Shown here in pieces: positions 1 through 8,655 of a DNA stretch of 8,655 nucleotides. Within the stretch, counting starts at the first letter, position 1. Each line of letters starts with the position of its first letter. The stretch is from Amoeboaphelidium protococcarum X5. Taxonomy: Eukaryota; Fungi; Aphelidiomycota. Location: assembly GCA_023515725.1 (NCBI GenBank), contig JALDTO010000301.1, positions 1 to 8,655 on the forward strand. The letters are read 5' to 3'. A model generated the notes under the pieces. That model was not told the origin of the DNA, did not search any database, and saw only the letters and a list, made by a program, of their open reading frames with translations. The translations under genes and the position numbers were made by a program.

Positions 1-70
1 TGTTTTGCCAAACATTCACACTACTCTGCTGCCAAAGAAGTCCAAGAGTGCTGCTTCTTAGGAGATGTGA
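1..70 (+). CDS. H2A: Histone H2A (H2A.X-type C-terminus), 3' end only; gene runs off the left edge
   Basis: Frame from position 2 reads VLPNIHTTLLPKKSKSAAS-[TAG 59-61]-EM-TGA(68-70). This matches the H2A tail VLPNI..LLPKK plus the terminal SQ(E/D)-hydrophobic motif (yeast H2A ends ...KASQEL) if TAG=Gln. Absent from the ORF track. Confidence 0.93.
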
Positions 71-222
71 GTTGTCTCTAAGTATGTTTATATTATACTT
101 TCAAAATGGTGTTTTTAAACACCTTCAATTGACTACCTTATGGTGTCAGTTGATCAAGATGTTGGGAAAATGTTTTATTCTATTCATCACTTCTATTGTC
201 TATTCTAATATCCAAATTCAGA

Positions 223-1164
223 TCACATCTTCTAAGTGGCCTTCATGGTTGAAACAACTTTGGAGATCCAATGCAAGTTGACGTCTATCCTTGTGAATAA
301 GTTGGGAGGACTTCCATTGAACTGTGGCCATTTGTTGCCCATTCCAGCGCATGAATATCTACTTGCAGAAACCAGCCCAATAAGGGACGGCGCTTTGTCG
401 TTAACAAACAGCGGTCCACCTGAATCGCCGAAACATGTACCTGAACTTGGCTCTTAACCAATGGCACATATTAACTCATCATCAGCAAAGCCTTTAACCT
501 GTATCTGCGTATTGTCGCAATTGCCAAATTCAGTGAGGCTCATTTGCAACTTTGAAGCTAAACGCGAAGGTTAGAAAGTGCGAATGTCAGATACGCCCCA
601 TCCAGCCACATAGATCTTTTAGTATAGAGGACCCTACTAAGATACAACACTGGTATTCTTTTACGGATTAAGAGGTGCTTCAATTGGCTTACTAGGCAAC
701 ACTTTAATGCTACTGTTCAAATTAGAGAGATTTCGATTCAACTAGATTGGCTCAACCTTGTGCAAATTACGTACTGAATCTTTCCAAGGTTTCAGCGATA
801 CCACAGCAATATCATACTTTGGATGCACGGTCACATTAATGAAATCAAAGTAGACAAAAGAGCCATCATTCGTACTATTCAGATCGACGAAATTCATACG
901 TACATGGCTGTGCTACAGAATATCATTACGCGATTCTGACGGAAAACAATGAGCTGCACTGACCATTGCGAATATACCATCTTTGGCAGTGATAAGGGAC
1001 CCACCGCATTAATGCATGCTTTGATTAGATTAGATACTGGCCAAAAATGGCAACGGCTTCTCCAAAGGTTCACCATTAATGACGCGTTTATATAGTTATA
1101 CTGAGTGAGCAAACACTGAAAGTGTCTAAAAATCAAGCACTAGTAAGAATATTAGAGCTTTCAT
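223..1164 (-). CDS. Secreted trypsin/chymotrypsin-family (peptidase S1) serine protease, 313 aa, non-Asp189 S1 pocket
   Basis: ATG 1164-1162 to TGA 225-223 with 13 in-frame TAR and no internal TGA. Hydrophobic N-terminus MKALIFLLVLDFQTLSVFA, activation site YKR|VINGEP, then CGGSLI, SAAHC (His 949-951), YDIAVV (Asp 811-813), AGWG, LICA and GTCFGDSGGP (Ser 421-423). Confidence 0.92.
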
Positions 1165-1413
1165 ATCTATCTTCGACCTGATTATTTATCGTAAAAAGAA
1201 TACGGCATTTGATGGCCATAACGCAGATTTCATATCACTAACGTGACGTTACACACATAACGTGAATTGTCCGAATGATCGTGCTGCCAATTTCACAGTC
1301 TATGCTCCCTCATAAATAAATTCAATTTACACATCTGACCTATAAAAGACAGTACTGTAAGATAGTATTATCAAAACTTCATTTTAAATCAATCAATCAT
1401 CTATTCAAAACGT

Positions 1414-2691
1414 TCAAAATTTCAAAAATCGACCAATCAAATCATTCACCTAATTCTTGACTTGGGGATTATCGTTGTAAAATTAATGAGCTTTCTGTGC
1501 GTAATTATCTATCTAAGCACTGTCCAAGTTGTCGATCTGTGAAATGTCAAACTCTGGATTGAATTGCCTGGCAATTGAGTTGGCAGATGAGCGAATCTCC
1601 TAGTTCTGCAGCACAGACTTAACGTGATTACTCTTCAAAATGTTAGATACTCCTCCGAATTGAGATATAAGATTATTCAAGTCGCGTTTTTGCAGTTATG
1701 GTGACTCTAATTTCTTCATCTACTTGAGATTATCGTTGATCCACGACTGAAAGTATGAGATGTTCGTGTAAACTGCAGGAACATTGGCCGGCAAGAGCAA
1801 ATTACCAAACTTGAGTGAAGCACATCTATCACCAAACGCCGTCAAGCCAATAGCAACTGGATACTCCTGATCAACATATATAGGACCTCCAGAGTCTCCT
1901 TGGCATGAATCAGACTTCAAATCTTGACCCTATGCGCAAATTACACTTTCGGGAGGAATCTTTGATCCATCAAAATTCAGGGCATCAGCACAAGATTAAA
2001 ACTTTGACATTTCCAAATTCAGAGTCTGAGCGTGATTAGAAGATGACTACCCAGCTTCAAGAGCTCCCCATCCAGAGAGCTTCAACTTACCATTAAGTGG
2101 ATTATTCACCTCGACACCATTCTTTTTGTCATTCCATTTCTCAAATCTGTTCAACAGTCTGTCAACAACATTGCCGTCTTTATCGCCACTTGATTACTAA
2201 GCACTTGCACCACCCAGCTGAATATCAGACGCGTTAATACTCATAGGTTTCAAGTATTTCAGGTTCTTCTCAAATATCTTTACCGGACTCAGCTATAACT
2301 GCGCAATATCGTAGGCGGTTTATCCGTTTTCATAGACTGTAAAATTCTGGTGAACTTTCACACTATTGATCTTAAACACGACAGATTGATCATTGTCGCC
2401 AACCGCGCGCAGCTCCAAGAAGTTTACTCTCACATAGTATCTGCCGTTCACAGTACGCGGTGGCTTGTCGGCAAAGCAGTGACCAGCAGTCAGCACTGAA
2501 TATATTCCGTCTGGAGCTTGGATTAGACCACCGGTACAGAAGTGCTATCCCTTTTCATTCTGAATACTAGCCAAGAAAGGCAGAGGTTACTCGAGCGGTC
2601 TGCCATTGACGATTCTCTTGAACAACGCCACAGCATCAACACATTACCAAACCGCGATTATAGCCGCTAAACACCAGATTCCTCTAAGCAT
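1414..2691 (-). CDS. Secreted trypsin-like (peptidase S1, Asp189) serine protease with ~100-aa C-terminal extension, 425 aa
   Basis: ATG 2691-2689 to TGA 1416-1414 with 16 in-frame TAR. Signal-like MLRGIWCLAAIIAVWQCVDA, FKR|IVNGRP, CTGGLI, TAGHC (His 2479-2481), YDIAQL (Asp 2308-2310), SGWG, VICA, DSCQGDSGGP and PAVYTNISYFQSWI. ORF-track entry 1720..1920 is a fragment of this gene. Confidence 0.93.
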
Positions 2692-3022
2692 AGCGATGAA
2701 TACTGTCTAAAATTATTTATTTACTTAGAGAAGAGGGAATCTACACAAGATTCACGAAGCGATCCTTATAGCTGTAAAGTGCTGCGCCGTACGAAAGCAA
2801 CCTCCTGATAGGACGTCACTAGCAATAGCACGAGATTTGTGATTTCACATTTTCTTCCTATTTCTACATTGACTACTCAATAGAAGATTAAATTTTTATT
2901 CTTTAGTAGCAAGATTTTAAAAACTTAAAATTCTTTAATATTTCTGTATTTTATTGATAATACAAAGGTACGAATATCCTGGTATTTTCTATTGCTATAA
3001 AACACATTGTTGAGAACGCGTT
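2692..3022. promoter_or_regulatory. Divergent intergenic region (331 bp) between protease 2 and APN1, probably holding both promoters
   Basis: Head-to-head gene arrangement with a strongly AT-rich core at about 2880-2960 and a CRE-like GACGTCA at 2812-2818. No transcription start can be assigned. Confidence 0.45.
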
Positions 3023-4141
3023 ATGATGACTAGAGTCACAAGAAGCGTTACAAAGAGAAGTCTTGCGTCAACCGCAGCTGTATAATTGGACACTTCATCT
3101 TTACTATCGGAGAATACTCCATTGAGCTCGAATGTTAACATTTAGCTTAATTCTGCTACCAGTAAGCATGTAAAGAAGCGACAGCGGCTGCCTAATCCAA
3201 AACTTGACAAAGGTGACATTTAGACTGGCGGCGAAGCAGTACCTGTGCTGCAGATTTCGTCTGGAAGTAAAAAGTTTGTGGGAGCTCATGTATCCGCTGC
3301 TGGTGGACTATTCAAGTCGGTGCGCAATTCTCTGGTTATGAATGGAAATGCGTTTGCCTTGTTCACGAAGCCTAGAAAGTGGGATGCTGCTGATCTGGAA
3401 GACTCTACCGTGTAATAATTCACAGATCGATTAAGAGAAAGCGGAATTGCTCCTTAGCATATACTACCACATGGCTAGTATATCTGCAATATTGGCAGTC
3501 CAGATAAGGAGTTAAGGGATAAAAGTTTTCGCTATTTCCTCGACGACTTGAAGCGATGTGAGAGACTTGGCATCTCACTATATAATATTCATCCTGGCAG
3601 TTCCTGTGGCAATTGCACTAGAGAGGAATGTATTCAGTTTATCGCTGATAATGTAAATGCTGCGCTGAAAGAGACCCAGAAGATATGTGTTGTACTTGAA
3701 AACATGGCTGGTCATGGGAACCACATAGGAGCATCGTTCCAAGATCTTGCAGACGTGATATCATTAATCAATGATGAATACAAGTCGGAGTAGGATTTGA
3801 GAATTGGCGTCTGTTTTGATACGTGTCATGCCTTTGCTGCTGGTTATGATATAAGAACTGCAGAGTCTTTTGACATTGTAATGAAGGATTTTGACTCAGT
3901 CGTTGGACTGCGTTATCTCAAAGCGTGTCATTTGAATGATAGTAAAGGTGAATTGGGATGCAAACGTGATAGACACGAGAATTTAGGAAAAGGTAAGATC
4001 GGATTGGATGCTTTCAGATTCATAATGACAGATTCAAGATTTGATAATATTCCATTAATACTGGAGACGCCAGTACAAGATGATGAACTAGAAGTTTACA
4101 AGCGTGAAATAGCTCTACTCAGATCCTTTGAATGTTTATGA
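3023..4141 (+). CDS. APN1: AP endonuclease 1 (endonuclease IV / Nfo family), 372 aa
   Basis: ATG 3023 to TGA 4139-4141 is one frame with 8 in-frame TAR (3083, 3143, 3221, 3413, 3416, 3455, 3476, 3791). Motifs KFVGAHVSAAGG, NAFALF, ILPHGQY, YNIHPGS, LENMAG, GVCFDTCHAFAAGYD, HLNDSK, RDRHE and ILETP carry the endonuclease IV metal-binding residues. Joins ORF-track pieces 3548..3793 and 3797..4141. Confidence 0.96.
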
Positions 4142-4243
4142 ATTGGACTAAGATATGTTGTGACTCTGCACTTTTGATTTCAAATTCTTCTTTGTAAAGT
4201 CAAAGGCCTAGATGTATAAAGTTTAATCAAATCTAATAAACAA

Positions 4244-5155
4244 TCACCGAAAGGCATAATCTCCAAATTGAGGAGCTCTAGGTGAAGATCTAGAGTTCTA
4301 ATTCTATGGAGTGACAGAATGACTATTGATACTCTAAACATTCCGTGAAGTAGAAGTAGATGCAGCTTATTGCTGTGGAGCGACGCGTTACTACTGTAAG
4401 CTTGTGTTCTCTTATCGGTAGGGGTTAGAGCTCTCAAAAGAGTCTATAGTCATCACTACGAAATGGCGATTATTCAAGCGATTCTATGAAATATCACCAG
4501 ATGTAGACTATTAAAGCATCGGTTCGTGTTATACCCAATTGTTTTAAATCTCAGCAATCTGTGCAGAATCAGTTTCATCATTTTACTACGACCAATCTTA
4601 TGAAGTGGAATCAATACCACCACCACCGCTACCATTGGGATATTCATTATCAACAGAATCATCATGAACATTAAAGACTCTTTATTCAAAGCCACCAGTT
4701 GGTGATTACTATCTTTATTAAAGACCATTCGTCAAAGCCTCAGTCAAGCCAAACTGCTGAGCTACACGAGCATCGCGAAATCGTCGCAAAAATAGGGCGG
4801 CAGCAAGATGAGTAACATTCACATTGCCACTCACTGGCTCGCTAATAGATACTTATTGCTATGGGCGACCAAGTGTAGTATCATTGTGCCTGTTCAATAG
4901 CAGAATATTGGTATCAGATTGAGTGCCAATTGCCTACCTAAGCCTACCGCTACTTTACTGATTATCTGCGCCTGTTTCAGATTGCACATCATCTGACGTG
5001 ATTGCAGCAGAGGGACGCGATGATAATGATGACACCATTGTTGAAGAAGTCTGTGATGAATTTATGACTTCAATTAAAGCATTAAGTCTTCCATCCTAAA
5101 AGAGGTTATCTCCATTGCCAACATTAGGATTCTTTGGCTTTCCCGGATTTCCCAT
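4244..5155 (-). CDS. Hypothetical Gln/Ser/Asn-rich, likely intrinsically disordered protein, ~303 aa (start uncertain; in-frame ATGs also at 5239 and 5263)
   Basis: Frame is free of TGA from 5275 to TGA 4246-4244 (over 340 codons). Reads MGNPGKPKNPNVGNGDNLFQDGRLNALIEVINSSQTSSTMVSSLSSRPS...QQRQQSPTGG...SSPRAPQFGDYAFR. 25 TAR and 12 CAR codons, with TAR clustered next to CAR in poly-Gln patches. No family recognised. Confidence 0.8.
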
Positions 5156-5256
5156 CCTATTGATTAAGATTTACAAATATAATCCGGAATAATTCAAACT
5201 CTCAAGGAAAGAAATCTCCGTTGAAGTGACGAGACGCATTTAGATTTATCGCTCAA

Positions 5257-5958
5257 TCAGCATCGTCGAAAGATCTCAGTAAGATACACGCTGGTAGAAT
5301 AATGTCGAAGCGTAGAGGATAAAGTTAATTGACAGAGGATTTAGACAGTTAGTCTATTTTGGATGAATAAGGTATATTTAGAGATTTCCTTCAAATCGTT
5401 GTTAAATTGTTTACTTTTTAAGCGCTTGTGTGAGTAGAACAAGAAAATCTAATCAAGCTAATGCACAGCAGAAATGTTAGTGATTAAAGGCGACACAAGG
5501 CTATATTATCTTCGCTCTCGATTCTAGCTGCTATAATGTAGGTGAATATCCATCTTCACGCAAGTTGTCCAATAATTAATTGGTAATCTAATGTCTAAGT
5601 GTAGATATCCAATACTTGGTTGGATCAAGTTGATTAATAAACCAGTCATGTTCTTTGGCTTCACATCGTTAATGTTCAACGCGCTGATTCTACATCCATC
5701 TGTCGGTAAAAGTCCATCATATACCAGGATAATGAGGTACTTCTCCGACTCTACTATACTATCGCTGCTTGCATATTCATTCATGACAGCTGTTGCCTAC
5801 TGGGTGACCGCAAATAACTCGCGCACTGACTCGGTTGCTGGTTAGATTCTATCATTACTTCCACTTTCAATGACTCTGTTAATGAACATTATCGCCACTA
5901 ATGTAATGAAGTAAGTTGATGAGCAGGTTGAGGGATTGGCATCACTGTAATATCGCAT
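5257..5958 (-). CDS. Hypothetical protein, ~233 aa
   Basis: ATG 5958-5956 to TGA 5259-5257 with 7 in-frame TAR. Extends ORF-track entry 5524..5784 at both ends (MRYYSDANPSTCSSTYFITLVAIMFINRVIE...YLTEIFRRC). One hydrophobic stretch near the N-terminus. No family recognised; gene model uncertain. Confidence 0.55.
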
Positions 5959-6070
5959 GAAAGGAGCTTGAATTTAAAAGAGTAAATGTACTGTATTATG
6001 AAAATTTAATAAGCTTAATGAGTTTAATAATCAGTATTTTCTGCTATAATACGTACTGTATACTCAATAA

Positions 6071-7306
6071 TCAAGCGCGTTCACGATTCTTCTACAACCT
6101 GCTTTTAATAAAGTTTGGCACTAGAGGAATAACATCATTGAACACAAATGTTCCATAGATTAACACTAGGAATCCAACAACCTGAAGCCAGATGAAGATC
6201 TCCCAGCCCAGTGCCAAACTGATGATCCAGATGAACAGAGTCCTGCAAGTATCGATCGTAGTCCTAGACGTGGCGGAGATATAACGCGTCACATTAAGGC
6301 CAAAGTAATTAAAGAAGGCAATGGACAATGCGCAGCCAACACTGGAGCCCCAAACTGCTGGACTAGACGCCAAATCCTCATATCCAGACACCAGATCAAA
6401 GTATCCGCCCGTGTCCTTACCGAATGTGAAGTGGAATATTGGCATGAACAACAGCAAGGTGATCAAACCAAACAAACCTTCAAGACCAACCAATTTGATC
6501 GGAGTGCCAGTATAGTTGATTATGATCTTCTCTTCAATGACAAATTGGAAAGCGGACGAGATCTGCGCAGCCAGAATGAACAATACACCCACAGAAGGAC
6601 TGAGGAATGATGCGTGAGTATCCACAGCCTTGTCATCTTTGAACAATGTGGGAGCGAGGCCAACCAGCGCAACACCAACCATGACTGTGCTCAGCGCAAT
6701 GATTCTGTATAGTGGCAATTTAATACGCAAAATGAAAAAGGACAAGATGCCAGTGAATATAACCACAGCACCACGCAGCATCTAATACACTGATGCGGCG
6801 ACAACGAGTAAACCGACATTCATTAAAGTGGTGCCCACAATATCGCACAGAGTCGGCAACCACAGCAAGAAATTAGCGTATCCCTTCAGTTCTTTACGCG
6901 CAAATTGTTAATCAATACCACTAATACCACCACCTAGATCATCTTCAATGGGTAGAGTGTCAGCAGCGGAGGATGATCCTTTTAAAAGCGGCTCATCTTC
7001 ATCATATTACGAGCTGCCAGCCACGCCAAACTTCTTCACACTTGAAGACTTCTAGCTGCGATGATACACATTCCCGATCCAATACACAAGCATACACAAG
7101 AATTCGCCAATGAACATGGTAAGTGTCTACCACACAGGCTGAGCGTAATGCTTCGGGTTATCGGTGTTACAGTCGCGTACACACTGTTTATCCTGGAATT
7201 TATTCAATAGAGTATTCGCAGTACCTGTGGCTAGCATACCAACAACCAGCAGTAGCGAAACCATCGCTGAGCTCTTATCCTTCTTATGGCTACCTTAGTT
7301 GCTCAT
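6071..7306 (-). CDS. SLC35F6-like drug/metabolite (nucleotide-sugar transporter-like) membrane protein, 411 aa
   Basis: ATG 7306-7304 (in-frame TGA upstream at 7336-7334) to TGA 6073-6071 with 7 in-frame TAR. Motifs MLATGTANTLLNKFQD, QPVWQTLTMFIGE, LPTLCDIVGTTLMNVGL, SVYQMLRGAVVIFTG, QFVIEEK, VGLEGLFG, SIAFFNYFGLNVT, SATSRTTIDTCRTLFIW and multiple transmembrane segments. Confidence 0.9.
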
Positions 7307-8016
7307 ATTAGGTGTCCTATTGTTATGGTTTAATCACTATGACACTGATAAACTGAATATTTATCAGATTTTCACAAAGAGGGTGAGAATGATGGAGTCG
7401 TCGGCAGTAATAATTATAACGTGATTACCGTAACACCCCTGATTGAAGAGAATTTGTAAGCCTCTTGGATAAATCAAGTATATTCTAATGGAAAGGCTAT
7501 GAACCAATATAACCTATGGTTTATGAGTTATTCACGTAATTTTTCTACGTTTGAAGATTGAAAAAGGCACAGCTAAATCTATCTAGACAGACTGATTTAA
7601 ACTAGCGAGCAGACTGGTGATGGCTCTGATTTGATGGCGCACGATAGTGATGTAAAGATCAATTGTTGCTTCATAAAAGTTTTTACTATCTCTGAACAAT
7701 ACCAGTGAATATGCGTTAAGCAGTGGTTAGTTAGTATCGAATATTCAGAGGCTTTAAAAGTTATCCTATAATCCATCGTGTAATACTGCTTATAAAGGAA
7801 GCGTTCAATCAGCGAAGTCGCGTTTAAACAATACTATAGTAAAAGTGTTTAAGGCGCGATGCAATCTAATAACGTACATTTAATAATTACTTGGTAAGCT
7901 AAAACAGGTGGTATGAACAAGATTAAAAAGAGTTTAATCAGTTAGATTTCAGTTAATGTTATTCTCACGATAAATCATGATAAATTAATAGGTCAGAGAG
8001 TATACAATGAACATAC

Positions 8017-8655
<639 letters not shown>

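Noticed and set aside
48-1136. ORF-track entries 48..281, 236..457, 285..467 and 894..1136
   Set aside because: Antisense or off-frame shadows of the H2A and protease 1 region with no recognisable motifs.
1387-1398. (AATC)3 microsatellite-like run
   Set aside because: Too short to be meaningful in AT-rich spacer DNA.
1405-1416. In-frame backup TGA three codons after the protease 2 stop
   Set aside because: Not seen after the other stops checked, so no pattern can be claimed.
3016-3021. ACGCGT (MCB-like cell-cycle box) next to the DNA-repair gene APN1
   Set aside because: Single copy lying 1 bp before the ATG, so likely inside the 5' UTR; the same hexamer also occurs within coding regions in this window.
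3104-5845. ORF-track entries 3104..3289, 4180..4437, 4474..4728 and 5591..5845
   Set aside because: Antisense to APN1, or alternative frames/antisense of the longer table-6 ORFs at 4244-5155 and 5257-5958.
223-7306. Interpreting the stop-interrupted genes as a cluster of pseudogenes
   Set aside because: Interruptions are exclusively TAA/TAG, never TGA or frameshifts; catalytic residues are intact and TAR sits at conserved Gln positions.
7474-7776. 100-aa minus-strand ORF under table 6 (MDYRITFKASEY...FPLEYT) in the 710-bp gap between transporter and tubulin
   Set aside because: With only one stop codon, ORFs of this length arise readily by chance; no motif or family recognised. RNA-seq would be needed to rescue it.

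Overview
Gene-dense eukaryotic nuclear DNA that does not use the standard genetic code. TAA and TAG read as glutamine and TGA is the only stop (the pattern of translation table 6). The supplied ORF track is therefore fragmented. Re-translated by hand, the window holds eight reading frames, all ending in TGA, with about 77 in-frame TAA/TAG codons between them. In order: the 3' end of histone H2A with an SQEM motif (+), two tandem secreted trypsin-family (S1) serine proteases (-), an Apn1/endonuclease IV AP endonuclease (+), a Gln/Ser-rich disordered orphan protein (-), a hypothetical protein (-), an SLC35F6-like transporter (-), and the 3' part of alpha-tubulin (-). The proteins look fungal/opisthokont-like. 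Together with TAR=Gln this suggests an aphelid such as Amoeboaphelidium protococcarum, where the reassignment is already known; the taxon is an inference, not verified. All translations and counts were done by hand.
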